Positions 47,925-57,520 of a stretch of DNA of 64,000 nucleotides are shown here, in pieces. Below the pieces are notes generated by a model. It saw only the letters and a program-made list of their open reading frames with translations, did no database searches and was not told the DNA's origin. The stretch's first letter is position 1. Each line of letters starts with the position of its first letter. This DNA comes from Terrimicrobiaceae bacterium (GTDB taxonomy: Bacteria > Verrucomicrobiota > Verrucomicrobiia > Chthoniobacterales > Terrimicrobiaceae): assembly GCA_041752695.1 (NCBI GenBank), contig JBGSVZ010000050.1:1-64000 (forward strand). The letters are read 5' to 3'. The position numbers and the translations under genes are program-made.

Positions 47925-48637
47925 CCACCGCGGACCTCCTCGCTCACTTTTTCGGCGCCTCGGCCACCGGGATCACCATCAGCAACAAAATCGCCACCGG
48001 CTATGCCAAAGTCGGGGACCAGGACGTCTGCGTGATCGGCACCGTGGATGGAACCTACATTGACAACGCCGCCGCCTTGCAGATGTCGGAGCAGGTCCTC
48101 GACTGCGTAAGGTCCAAACCCGGGGTGCCCATTGTGATGTTGGTCGATAGCGAGGGCCAGGAACCCAATCGGACGGCCGAGATGCTCGGGCTCCCCGTTT
48201 ATTTTGGTCACCTTCTGACCTGTCTCCAGGTTGCGCGTGAGGCCGGACACAAACTCATCACTGTGGCCACGGGCAAAGCCATCGGAGGCGCGTTCATTTG
48301 CTACGGGATGTTTGCGGACTCCATCTACGCCCTGGATTCCGCCACGGTGGGATTGATGCCGGTCGAGGCCATGTCCGCCGTGACCAAAATCCCCGTGGCC
48401 ATCTTGGAAGAACTCTCGAAAACCCTGCCCGCCCTTGAGTTTGGGGCCGCTCCCTTTGCTCTGCTCGGTGGTGTCAAAGCGGTCTGGCCCACGGATGAGA
48501 CACTGGCCGACAAGCTGAGTGCCGCGATCGCGGCAGCGACTCCGGAGGATACCAGGGCCGCACTCGGTAAAGAACGCGGTGGACGCCCCCAGGCCTACGA
48601 CGTCCAGCAGCGCGTGCTCGCGGAATCCGCGCGGTGA
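47921..48637 (+). CDS. mdcE: Malonate decarboxylase gamma subunit
   Basis: LVDSEGQ...EMLG, G.AIGGAF; follows mdcD with an ATGA overlap. Confidence 0.88.
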   Translation: MTTADLLAHFFGASATGITISNKIATGYAKVGDQDVCVIGTVDGTYIDNAAALQMSEQVLDCVRSKPGVPIVMLVDSEGQEPNRTAEMLGLPVYFGHLLTCLQVAREAGHKLITVATGKAIGGAFICYGMFADSIYALDSATVGLMPVEAMSAVTKIPVAILEELSKTLPALEFGAAPFALLGGVKAVWPTDETLADKLSAAIAAATPEDTRAALGKERGGRPQAYDVQQRVLAESAR

Positions 48638-49266
48638 TTCGACGGCATTCCCTGGTTTGGCTGCGGTATCCGCCCGCCACCTCGGATGCTCCCGACGAAG
48701 CCATTGCCTGGCAGCGGGCTGGCCACCCGTTCATGGTTTGCCGCACACGCACGGGGGAGACGCTTTCCCTGGGATTTTGCCTCCCTTCTTGCGACGGGGG
48801 GAAACATACGCCCCGCCGCCTTGGTGCGTCGGCGACGATCGAGGATATCGCAAAAATTTCCCGTCCCCCGGACCTTCGCGACATTGGCGAAAAAGTGGGT
48901 CTTGCCCCCCGCGAATGGGAAACCCTGCAGAAACCTCCCCAGGGGTGCACCGTCCGACTGATCGGCAGCCGGTTGTGGGCCTTGCTGACCGGGGGTTGCT
49001 ACGTGCGAAGCACTTCGGACCTGGATGTGGTGGTGGATCTGATTGATGTCGCGGCGGCCGATGCTGGAGCCGGATTTCTTGCCTCGGCGAACCTCCGGTT
49101 GTCCGTGTCCGTGGATGGCGAGTTGTCATTTCCCGGAACCGGCGAAGTGCATTGGAAAGAATGGCTCTCGGAAAGCCAGCATCTGCTCCTGAAGTCCGTT
49201 GACCGCGTGGCACTCATTCCCCGGGCGGAGTTTTCCGCCCCTTCACTGTCGGCACCCTTTGTCTGA
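48634..49266 (+). CDS. mdcG: Malonate decarboxylase holo-ACP synthase
   Basis: RRHSLVWL, IGS...LTG.CY...SDLD, VDGE, EVHWKEW, LLK. Confidence 0.87.
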   Translation: MIRRHSLVWLRYPPATSDAPDEAIAWQRAGHPFMVCRTRTGETLSLGFCLPSCDGGKHTPRRLGASATIEDIAKISRPPDLRDIGEKVGLAPREWETLQKPPQGCTVRLIGSRLWALLTGGCYVRSTSDLDVVVDLIDVAAADAGAGFLASANLRLSVSVDGELSFPGTGEVHWKEWLSESQHLLLKSVDRVALIPRAEFSAPSLSAPFV

Positions 49267-50074
49267 GCGAGCTCCATTTCTTGCCCAGGCGGCGGTCGCG
49301 GCACTGTTGGCCGAGTTGGAACTGTTTCCCAAGCCCGGATTGGTCAGTCCGGTGGATTCCGGTTCCCATCGCGATATGGACCATGCGCTTCTGCGCAAAT
49401 CCGCCGAGGCGCTGCGGGGTTCCTTTCAAGAACTGGCCGCGGCCGAGGATGCAACCTTCGCGGACCTGGTGGTGATCGGTCTCCGGGCCGAGCAGCACAT
49501 GCTCGTTGCCACCGGTGGAGTAAATACCCACCGGGGAGCGATCTTTGCCCTAGGGCTGCTCGTCGCGGCAGCCGCCCGTTGCGGGCCGACTAACGTTCCC
49601 ACCCGGATTCGTCAGACTCTTCTAGAACGCTGGGGGAAAGACCTCCGCAAACATTCCCTGGCGAATGAGGCCAGTCACGGCGGCGAAGTCCGCCGCCTCA
49701 CGGGAACCGGTGGAGCCCGGGAGGAGGCGGCGCTGGGATTTCCTTCGATCTTCGAACAGGCTCTTCCGCGCTTCCGGAAGCTTCTTGAAGCGGGAGTCCC
49801 TTTCCGGTCCTCCGCACTGGAAACGCTTTTTCTCCTCATGGCCAACGTCGAAGATACCAACGTGATTCATCGCGGCGGCCTTGCCGGCGGACAGTTTGCG
49901 CGGTTGCGCGCCCGGGATTTCCTGGCTGCCGGCGGCGTTTCCCACCCCGAATGGGAGATCCTTGCCCGGAAGATCCATGGCGAATTTGTCGAGAGGGACC
50001 TTTCGCCGGGCGGAGCTGCCGACCTGCTGGCCTCCACGCTCTTTCTTCACGAAGTCACCACCCGGCTCCGGTGA
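49259..50074 (+). CDS. mdcB: Triphosphoribosyl-dephospho-CoA synthase
   Basis: PKPGLV...GSHRDMD, TGGVNTHRGAIF, GAREEA, DTNVIHRGG, LSPGGAADLL. TTG start is an estimate. Confidence 0.93.
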   Translation: MSERAPFLAQAAVAALLAELELFPKPGLVSPVDSGSHRDMDHALLRKSAEALRGSFQELAAAEDATFADLVVIGLRAEQHMLVATGGVNTHRGAIFALGLLVAAAARCGPTNVPTRIRQTLLERWGKDLRKHSLANEASHGGEVRRLTGTGGAREEAALGFPSIFEQALPRFRKLLEAGVPFRSSALETLFLLMANVEDTNVIHRGGLAGGQFARLRARDFLAAGGVSHPEWEILARKIHGEFVERDLSPGGAADLLASTLFLHEVTTRLR

Positions 50075-50131
50075 TCGCGCCTTCTCCGCAGGGAAGCAAA
50101 GGCCGCGATTGACCGTCCCGGGGGTGGATGC

Positions 50132-50779
50132 TTACGAGGAGGCTTCGATTTGTGCGAGCGCCTGTTCCTTGGGAAGGCGCATCCTGATGGCAAGCGGTGC
50201 GGCCAGATGGCGGCGCAACGTGGCCGCGTCTTTCGCGGGCGAAAAGGCGTCGCGGTAAAGCTCCATAATGCCGAGCCCTCCGCCGGACAGAGGTTCGTAA
50301 CGCACAGCATCGCCGGCCTTCACCTCGCCGTCACTTAGCACCCGGCAATACACCCCGGGACGCTCGGCCTTGCGGAATTTTTTCAGAAACGCCGAATCCC
50401 CCATGTGGCAGGAAAGGGTCGCGCAGGGAACGCGGGGCGAGGTGATTTCCAGGATCACCTCGCCGATGTAAAATCGGTCGCCGACCGTGGTAGCGGCACT
50501 TTCCCAGTCGCTGAGCGTAAGATTTTCGCCGAACGACCCCGGAGCCAGCGAACGTCCCAACTCGGCCTCCCACCAGGCATAGTCGGCCGCCCCATAAAGA
50601 TAGACCGCCTGATCCGGACCGCCGTGATATTTTGGGTCACAGATCACGTCTCCCTCCAAGCCCTCCACGCCCAGCTTGACCGGACCTTCGACCGCGCGTT
50701 TGGCAATGCCCGACAGATAGGGGTCTTTGGCTTTGTGGAGGAGTTCGGCTTTCCCAAGGTTGATGCTAAAAAGTTGCAT
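50132..50779 (-). CDS. MOSC-domain protein, YiiM-like
   Basis: HGGPDQAV, FGENLT, PRVPC (Mo-ligand Cys), G.YCRVL..G.V.AGD. Confidence 0.9.
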   Translation of the reverse strand: MQLFSINLGKAELLHKAKDPYLSGIAKRAVEGPVKLGVEGLEGDVICDPKYHGGPDQAVYLYGAADYAWWEAELGRSLAPGSFGENLTLSDWESAATTVGDRFYIGEVILEITSPRVPCATLSCHMGDSAFLKKFRKAERPGVYCRVLSDGEVKAGDAVRYEPLSGGGLGIMELYRDAFSPAKDAATLRRHLAAPLAIRMRLPKEQALAQIEASS

Positions 50780-50815
50780 GGTTTTTTCGTTTTTGATCAA
50801 GAGGGCAGTGGCTTT

Positions 50816-51769
50816 TCAACCCTTCTTAGCGAGGCGCTCCGCGATCAAGGTCGCGAATTCAAACATCAACATGCTCGCAGTGATCGCGGTAATCTGCGAA
50901 GGATTGTCCAAGGGTGGACAGTAACAAACGATGTCCGCACCGACAAGGTTGAGTCCGCGGAAGCCGTGAATAACCTGCAGGAGTTCGCGCAGGCGGAGTC
51001 CGTTCAGCTCCGGATCGGCCACGCCGGGAGCCTCGCTCGGATCGATCACATCCAGATCAAATGTGAGGTAGGTCGGATGGTCGCCAACGACCGCCAGAGC
51101 CTTTCGCAGGACGGACTCCGGGCCCTGCTTGATGAAGGATTCCGTCGTGATGAACTCGGCAAAGTTTTCCTTCGCCCAATCATCCATGGTTGGATCTCCC
51201 ATGGGGCCGCGCAGCCCGATCTGGATGGTGCGCTTGGGATCAATGATCCCATCCTCCGCCGCAAAACGAAATGGTCCGGCATGATTGCGCGTGCCCAGGA
51301 GGGGCAGCATGGCGTCGTTGTGGCTGTCGAAATGAATCATGGCCAGAGGTTCGGTGAACCGCGCCGCCCGGGCTGCCCGGAGAATGGGACCGGTGATGGA
51401 ATGATCGCCTCCGACGCTCACGGGAATGATGCCGGCTCCATAGACCTTTTCAAAAAAGGACTGAATGTCCTCGGCGGTAAAGTCCGGGTTTAGGCCCCTT
51501 GGCATGGGCACGTCACCTAAGTCGCGGATGCGTGCCAATTCGAACGGATAAAGGCCAAACTCGCGGTGTGTGCGGTTGTAGGCCATGGAGCGGTTGCGAA
51601 TGCCGCGTGGCCCGAGATATTGCATGTGCTCGATCGGATTTCCCCCGCAATGCGGCACGCCGACGAGCCCGATGTCGGTGTCTGCAAGATCGGGCTGGTG
51701 TGGGCAGCGGAGAAAAGTGGCTGGTCCGAACCAATGCTGATAGCTGGTGGCGAAATCGGGAGTGCTCAC
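50816..51769 (-). CDS. Agmatinase/ureohydrolase family protein, divergent subtype
   Basis: GGDHS, DSHND and DLD metal ligands; IVCYCP replaces the usual VEVxP. Confidence 0.9.
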   Translation of the reverse strand: MSTPDFATSYQHWFGPATFLRCPHQPDLADTDIGLVGVPHCGGNPIEHMQYLGPRGIRNRSMAYNRTHREFGLYPFELARIRDLGDVPMPRGLNPDFTAEDIQSFFEKVYGAGIIPVSVGGDHSITGPILRAARAARFTEPLAMIHFDSHNDAMLPLLGTRNHAGPFRFAAEDGIIDPKRTIQIGLRGPMGDPTMDDWAKENFAEFITTESFIKQGPESVLRKALAVVGDHPTYLTFDLDVIDPSEAPGVADPELNGLRLRELLQVIHGFRGLNLVGADIVCYCPPLDNPSQITAITASMLMFEFATLIAERLAKKG

Positions 51770-51781
51770 GGGTTTGGACTA

Positions 51782-52777
51782 TTAGGGATTGGCGGGGGCT
51801 CGCAGGCAATTTTCGGCCACGAGGCAGAGAAGTTCGAACATCAATTGCGCACCCGCGAGGGCGGTGATGCCAGCCGTGTCGAAGGGAGGCGAAACTTCTA
51901 CAAGATCTGCCCCGACGATGTTCAGGCCGCGTAGCCCGTGTAGCAGCCGCTTTCCCTCGTAGGAGGTGATCCCACCAACAGCAGGCGTTCCCGTCCCCGG
52001 AGCATAGGCCGGATCCAGGGCATCGATGTCGAAGCTGATATAGGTTGGACCGTCCCCCACGATACGACGGGCTTCGGCCGCGACGGCGTCCACGCCGAGG
52101 TCGTAGAAGCGATCAATATCGATGGTCGTCGCACCGACCTTGTGCCCGTAGGTTTCCATCGGCGCAAACGGATCCCGGATCGCGATGTGAACGATCCGCT
52201 TCGGGTCAAGGAATCCCTCCTTGATGCCGTTCACAAACATACTGCCATGGTGCAGGTTGGAGCCATTGAGGGACTCGGCCATGTCGAAGTGGGAATCGAT
52301 GTGGATAAGGCCGAGCGGTTCTTTCTGACCGAGGGCTTTCATGATCGGATAGGTAATCGAGTGGTCACCGCCAGCCACAATCGGGATGATTCCCCGTGCC
52401 ACGATCTTTTGAAAAAACGCGAAACTTTCGTCCGCCACGCTTTGCAAATCGAACGCGCTGGGAATGAAGGCATCTCCGATATCGGCAATCTTCAGTTTCC
52501 CGAACGGCGACATTTTCATCGAGTAATTGTAGTAAAGCACGTTGCTCGATTGATTGCGGATCTCGCGCGGTCCGTGGCGCGCTCCGGTGCGCTGGGTGAG
52601 GCCCAGGTCGGAGGGGACACCGACCAAGGCGATGTCGAGCGGGTCGCCGGTTTCCCAGTCCGGCCGATACTTCGTGCGGAAAAAGGTCGGCAGACCGGAA
52701 TAAGATTTCATATACATCTCCGGAGGCACGGCCATGGAGTGTTTGATGATGTCGGAGAATTCTTTGGCGTCGCTCAT
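51782..52777 (-). CDS. Agmatinase/ureohydrolase family protein
   Basis: GARHGPREIR, GGDHS, DSHFD, SFDIDALDP..APGTGTP, VEVSPPFD. Confidence 0.93.
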   Translation of the reverse strand: MSDAKEFSDIIKHSMAVPPEMYMKSYSGLPTFFRTKYRPDWETGDPLDIALVGVPSDLGLTQRTGARHGPREIRNQSSNVLYYNYSMKMSPFGKLKIADIGDAFIPSAFDLQSVADESFAFFQKIVARGIIPIVAGGDHSITYPIMKALGQKEPLGLIHIDSHFDMAESLNGSNLHHGSMFVNGIKEGFLDPKRIVHIAIRDPFAPMETYGHKVGATTIDIDRFYDLGVDAVAAEARRIVGDGPTYISFDIDALDPAYAPGTGTPAVGGITSYEGKRLLHGLRGLNIVGADLVEVSPPFDTAGITALAGAQLMFELLCLVAENCLRAPANP

Positions 52778-53820
52778 AGTGGGAGGGGTTGTTGGTTGCG
52801 TTTTCTGGAAAAGGAAAGTGCCACGATACCACCGATCACGAGCAGGACGCAGGCGGTTGGTTCAGGGACGACGGCCGCGTAGGCTTGCTGGGCGATGAGA
52901 AAATTGATGGAGGTTGTTGCGTGGGAATTGTCCCAGAAAAGATACTGTTCGGGATTACCAACGACCAATCCATAGGGCGGCGGCGGGTTTGGGCCACTGA
53001 AGGGCGTGTAAGCCGTTTCCGTGACATTGGTGAGGCCAAACGCGGCGGGATCATCGATGGCGTCGAGGAAAAACGCGGCGATGTCCAAGGAGATGATGGT
53101 GCTGTCGGCCAAGTTACCCGACAAGGTATTCAGGGTGTTTTCCAGAAGAAGGTTGTACGAATCCACGAAGGCGTTTGCGGCGGCCTGCTTAACGGGGTCG
53201 AAGACATAGTCCGGCTTGAAACCCAAAGGCGGAAGATTCGGCACCAGGAAGGTCCGGCCTCCGGCGTCGTAGAGATTGGTGATCGCAATCGAAATGTTCT
53301 CAGCGACTTGCTCGGGTGTGATCAGGGTTCCGTGATCGACGAGGTTGATCACGTCGTTCCCGCCACTCCAGATTGTGAAGAGAGTGGTGGAGGGGTCCGG
53401 CAGAAAGGTGTTTGTCGGGATCTGGGCGGTGTAAAAATCCACCTGCGTCCTGAGATTGGGAAGAAGGATGCTCGTGTTGCCGGTGCCGCTTGTGCTTCCC
53501 GCCCAGGCGAAGTTCGAACCTGTTAGGAGATCGGTCCCGTTGTTGCGAAGCATCGTGCCGAATCCGAGTTCGTCATTCAGACGTTCCGACCACAAGGGTC
53601 CGTTCGAAAACCGGCCATTGAAGTAAAAGTTCGCATTGTAGCCGGTCTGTTCGCGAACGAATGGCTCCCCGAACGTCGAGAGAGTCGCGACGGTGTTGCC
53701 CAAATCACTCAAGCTGTCACCGAAGGACACCATTCCGGTGTAGGTCTGCGCCCATGCGGTCGGGAGGGAAGAGATGCCAATGACGGCGAAGCAAACAAGC
53801 TTGAGGAAATGGCTTTTCAC
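52774..53820 (-). CDS. SGNH/GDSL hydrolase with PEP-CTERM sorting signal
   Basis: Signal peptide, FGDSLSD.GN, GRFSNG, GGND, FWDNSH; VPEP followed by a TM segment and basic SRKR. Confidence 0.92.
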   Translation of the reverse strand: MKSHFLKLVCFAVIGISSLPTAWAQTYTGMVSFGDSLSDLGNTVATLSTFGEPFVREQTGYNANFYFNGRFSNGPLWSERLNDELGFGTMLRNNGTDLLTGSNFAWAGSTSGTGNTSILLPNLRTQVDFYTAQIPTNTFLPDPSTTLFTIWSGGNDVINLVDHGTLITPEQVAENISIAITNLYDAGGRTFLVPNLPPLGFKPDYVFDPVKQAAANAFVDSYNLLLENTLNTLSGNLADSTIISLDIAAFFLDAIDDPAAFGLTNVTETAYTPFSGPNPPPPYGLVVGNPEQYLFWDNSHATTSINFLIAQQAYAAVVPEPTACVLLVIGGIVALSFSRKRNQQPLPL

Positions 53821-53876
53821 GGATTCAAAACTTTACAGTGGCGCGACGTTCTAACCATGCCCCTCGTTGGGAACAA

Positions 53877-53892
53877 CCCCCACACATGGGGG
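53877..53892. promoter_or_regulatory. Palindromic operator candidate CCCCCA-N4-TGGGGG
   Basis: Perfect 6-bp inverted repeat between the LuxR gene and the PEP-CTERM gene start. Confidence 0.45.
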
Positions 53893-53910
53893 GGCTCCCT
53901 GCCAGCCGTG

Positions 53911-54681
53911 CTACGCGTGACCCAATCGCCGCAAGGCAAAGACTGTCGCGGCATGGCGGTTCTCCTGCCCCAACTTCGTCAGGATATTGGCCACATGTTC
54001 CTGCACGGTGCCAAGACTGCGACCGAGGATGGTGGCAATTTCGCGGTTTTGCTTTCCTTCCGTCATCCAGTAAAGCACATCCGCCTCGCGCGCGGTGAGT
54101 CCAAGGACTTGAAGCCTTTCGCGGGCCGAGAGCCCGGCTTTTTCGGTCGTGTCCCAGGGGTTCGGGTGGCGCTTCCAGGCCAGCAGAAAATGCGGCGCAA
54201 AGGCATCCAGCAGCGCGCAGTGCCGCGCGGTGAAATCGGGTCCCCGCCGATCGTAGCTCAGCGCTCCCACCGTTTTCGCATCGATCTGCACCGGCAGGGC
54301 CAGGGTGTGGATGAAACCCAGCCGCTTCTGGCAGTTGAGGAAATGGGGCGTCTGCAGATATTCGCGGTGGGAGATGACGTCGGACCGGCGCCGGGCCTTC
54401 GAGTCGTTTGTCCGGTCAAAATACGCCACCAAAGGGTCGCCACCCGGATTCGCCGCATAAAAGGCGACCTCCTCGTCGGTGTACGGATTTTCCGGGATGG
54501 TCCGGATCACAATCCTCTGCGTCTTCCGATCGAGCACATGAATCAGGCAAAGATCCGCTGGAATGAGACGGCTCAGGCCGGTGACCACGGCGGAAAGAAA
54601 GTCGGCATGATCCTTCGCCGTATTCATTTCATACACCGCATCAAAAAGCGGTCGCCAGTGGGCGGGCGGGATCAGGTTCAT
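53911..54681 (-). CDS. LuxR-family HTH regulator with GAF-like N-terminal domain
   Basis: [44 protein letters not shown]. Start at 54681 or 54705. Confidence 0.9.
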   Translation of the reverse strand: MNLIPPAHWRPLFDAVYEMNTAKDHADFLSAVVTGLSRLIPADLCLIHVLDRKTQRIVIRTIPENPYTDEEVAFYAANPGGDPLVAYFDRTNDSKARRRSDVISHREYLQTPHFLNCQKRLGFIHTLALPVQIDAKTVGALSYDRRGPDFTARHCALLDAFAPHFLLAWKRHPNPWDTTEKAGLSARERLQVLGLTAREADVLYWMTEGKQNREIATILGRSLGTVQEHVANILTKLGQENRHAATVFALRRLGHA

Positions 54682-54777
54682 TTTTCCCGGGGAGTATAGG
54701 CCCATCCCCGAGGCACGATCAAGATCCGGGGTTTGTTCTCAATCGGGATTCTCTCCGGGGCTGGACTCGGTTCCTGT

Positions 54778-54824
54778 TATCCTCCATCTTCCCTCTTCGA
54801 TCTCCTATCTCCTATTCGTATCCC
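54778..54824. repeat. Degenerate heptamer tract (reverse complement of the GGAGATC family) abutting the purA start
   Basis: TATCCTC CATCTTC CCTCTTC GATCTCC TATCTCC TATTCG TATCCC then ATG. Confidence 0.65.
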
Positions 54825-56378
54825 ATGGCCCTGACCCCATTTTCTAGTCTCCTGATTGCCGACACCGGAATCTCCACCGGTGACGAAGGCAAGGGACGTC
54901 TTATCCTTGAAATCATCGACGAACTGCGCGAAGGCACCGGCAATCCCGACGCCGTTGCGGCCGTGATGAAAGTCAACGGGGGGTCCAACTCCGGCCACTC
55001 GGTGGGTGACGTGAAATTGAACCTCATTCCCGGTGGCGTGGTCGATGCCACGGTGCCGCACCTGCTGATCGGCTGCGGGGTGGTGGCGGATCCCCGCAAG
55101 TTTCTCTGGGAATCCGCCTACGCCGAACTCCATGGTCATGCCACGCTCAGCCGTCTGCGCATTGATGAGCGCACGCTCGTTTCCGATCTTTCGCACCGTC
55201 TGCTGGATCTCGCGTGGGAGGATTACCGAGTTCACATTCTCAAGGAAGAGCCGCGCGGCTCGACGGGGAGGGGGATTACGCCAGCTTATACCGATGAGAT
55301 CGCGCAAATGCAGATCACCTACGCGGATTTTCGGGCGGAAAAAGGCGTCTTTGTCCGCAAGCTGCGCAACCGCATCAACCGCGCCCTGCGCACCATCGAG
55401 CATGTCTGTCAACTCCGCCCGGAACGTTGGCCCGACCTATTCGACACGCTGAGCAACGCCGAAGCGCGAGCGAATAAAGAGACGATCGACGCCGGGATAT
55501 TTGAGGCGGCCGAATTTGATTTCCGGCGGTTCCTCGCCCCCGGCGCTTTCGGCCTCGATGCCGATCTGCTCATCGAAACCTACTGGGCGGCCGGGCAAAA
55601 ACTGGTTCCCTGCATCACCGACGTGCGTGAGATCGTGCTGCAGAGCCTGGAGTCCGGCCGCAGCATTATTGGCGAATTCGGTCAGGCTTACTGGCTCGAC
55701 AAACGCCATGGGTTTCCGCCCAACGTGACGGCCTCGCATACTTTCACCCCCGAGTTTTTTCAATCCGCCGGCATCCCGGTTCAGCCCGTCCACACCATCG
55801 GTTGCTGCAAGGCTTATGATACCAAGGTGGGCACCCATGTGTTTCTGACGGAGCTCACGGACGAACATCCTCTGGGCCGCACGCTGCGCCGGATTGAGTT
55901 TGGTTCGACCACGGGCCGCCAGCGCATGGTGGGCTGGTTCGACGCCGTGGAAAAAGGCGACGCCCTGCGTTACGGCGGCTACCAGGATCTGGCGCTGAAC
56001 AAATTGGATGCGCTGTCTTACGGGGGCGATTGGGAGGACGGCGAACTATCCATCTGCGTGGCCTACGAAGCTCCGGACGGCACCAGGGTGGCGCACGTGC
56101 CCCGGGATGATGTGTTCCGTCGCTCGCTGCGGCCGATCTATAAAACGTTGCCGGGCTGGAGCGAGGACCTTTCCGGGATTCGGCAGTTCGCGGACCTTCC
56201 CCCTGCCGCGCGGCGATACGTGGCCGAGGTGATGGCCGCCATTGTGGACATCGCTTACGGTGACCGACGGCCTGCGGTGTTGCCAAACCTGCGCTACATC
56301 GGCGTGGGGCCGCTGCGGAGCCAAATCATCAAGGACGTGCCTCCGACGGAGGAACTGCTTTCGATTTTGGCCGGCTAG
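54825..56378 (+). CDS. purA: Adenylosuccinate synthetase, divergent long form
   Basis: [54 protein letters not shown]. Confidence 0.9.
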   Translation: MALTPFSSLLIADTGISTGDEGKGRLILEIIDELREGTGNPDAVAAVMKVNGGSNSGHSVGDVKLNLIPGGVVDATVPHLLIGCGVVADPRKFLWESAYAELHGHATLSRLRIDERTLVSDLSHRLLDLAWEDYRVHILKEEPRGSTGRGITPAYTDEIAQMQITYADFRAEKGVFVRKLRNRINRALRTIEHVCQLRPERWPDLFDTLSNAEARANKETIDAGIFEAAEFDFRRFLAPGAFGLDADLLIETYWAAGQKLVPCITDVREIVLQSLESGRSIIGEFGQAYWLDKRHGFPPNVTASHTFTPEFFQSAGIPVQPVHTIGCCKAYDTKVGTHVFLTELTDEHPLGRTLRRIEFGSTTGRQRMVGWFDAVEKGDALRYGGYQDLALNKLDALSYGGDWEDGELSICVAYEAPDGTRVAHVPRDDVFRRSLRPIYKTLPGWSEDLSGIRQFADLPPAARRYVAEVMAAIVDIAYGDRRPAVLPNLRYIGVGPLRSQIIKDVPPTEELLSILAG

Positions 56379-56392
56379 GCGACGCGAGCGAA

Positions 56393-56875
56393 TCAGGATT
56401 CCTCGTCCTCCTCCTCTGAGGCGGAGCGCTGATTTTGCTGTTCCTGCATGCTGTGGAGGACGTCGGACATGTCCTCGACTTCGTCCCAGACCTCGCGGCT
56501 GACATAGACGGGGGCTTTTTGCTGCGTGGCCAGGGCGATGCAGTCGCTGGGCCGGGCATCAAGTTCGATGATCTTGCGTTGCTGGAGTTCGTTCTCGGCG
56601 GTGATGATCAGCCTGCCGTAGTAGGTGCCGTTTTTCAGGTCGTTGATGATAACCCGTTCGACTTTGGCACCTACTGCGGAAAGCAGGAGGGCCATCAGGT
56701 CGTGGGTGAGGGGACGTTCCTTGGAGACTCCGCTCATGAACATATTAATGGCGCTGCCCACGCTGGGGTCCACGTAAATGACAAAAACCTTTTCCTCGTT
56801 GCCCACGAAGACCGCCACGCCCGCATTCGTGGGAATGAGGGCTTTGACGTGAACCGGCACGACGGTCTTGCTCAT
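56393..56875 (-). CDS. Bifunctional nuclease family protein (DUF151)
   Basis: RPLTHDL, DARPSDCIALA. Confidence 0.92.
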   Translation of the reverse strand: MSKTVVPVHVKALIPTNAGVAVFVGNEEKVFVIYVDPSVGSAINMFMSGVSKERPLTHDLMALLLSAVGAKVERVIINDLKNGTYYGRLIITAENELQQRKIIELDARPSDCIALATQQKAPVYVSREVWDEVEDMSDVLHSMQEQQNQRSASEEEDEES

Positions 56876-56916
56876 AGCGTCAGCGTATCAGGGAATGGCC
56901 GGGGGGGCAAATGCCA

Positions 56917-57447
56917 TCACTGGGCGGCTCGTGCGAGGTATTTGCGCGAGAGGGTGACGTAGCGTTCCGCCCAGACGCGGATGGATGCGCGCTCCTCGGG
57001 ACTAAGGTTTTTTTTCACCGCGGCGGGTGAACCAAGGACGAGCGAGCCGGGCGGGATCACGGTATGGCCGGTCACCGTGGCGTTGGCCCCGATGATGCAT
57101 TGGTCGCCAATTTTCGCACCATCGAGAATGATGGCTCCCATGCCGACCAGAACTTCGTTGCCGATCGTGCAGGCGTGGACGATGGCCTTGTGGCCGATGG
57201 TGACCCATTCCCCCACCACGGCGGGCAGGTTGTCGGCGACATGCACGACGGAACCATCCTGAACATTGGAATGCGCTCCGATCACGATGGGCGCGATGTC
57301 CCCACGGAGCGAACAGCCTGGCCAGATGCTGGCTTCCTCGCCAATCGTCACGTCGCCGACGACAAAGGCGCCGGGAGCCAGGAATGCAGAGGCGGCCACG
57401 CGCGGGGACTGGCCCAGATATCGGTCGATTTGTTCCTCGAAAGTCAT
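56917..57447 (-). CDS. Gamma carbonic anhydrase family protein
   Basis: Hexapeptide repeats, LRGD, NVQDG.VVH, GHKAIVHAC. Confidence 0.93.
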   Translation of the reverse strand: MTFEEQIDRYLGQSPRVAASAFLAPGAFVVGDVTIGEEASIWPGCSLRGDIAPIVIGAHSNVQDGSVVHVADNLPAVVGEWVTIGHKAIVHACTIGNEVLVGMGAIILDGAKIGDQCIIGANATVTGHTVIPPGSLVLGSPAAVKKNLSPEERASIRVWAERYVTLSRKYLARAAQ

Positions 57448-57520
57448 GGGGCCAGCGTATCGGATTTTTCCTCGCAGACAACGCATCGCAAAGGATGTTC
57501 AAATTTTTTCGTCTCCGCTG

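Noticed and set aside
11225..52777. Functional link between urea released by the ureohydrolases and the UrtA-kinase pair
   Set aside because: The loci are about 38 kb apart with no shared regulatory motif seen; purely speculative.
53821..53910. Guanidine riboswitch upstream of the ureohydrolase operon
   Set aside because: No paired ACGR-loop hairpins or other guanidine-class consensus visible.
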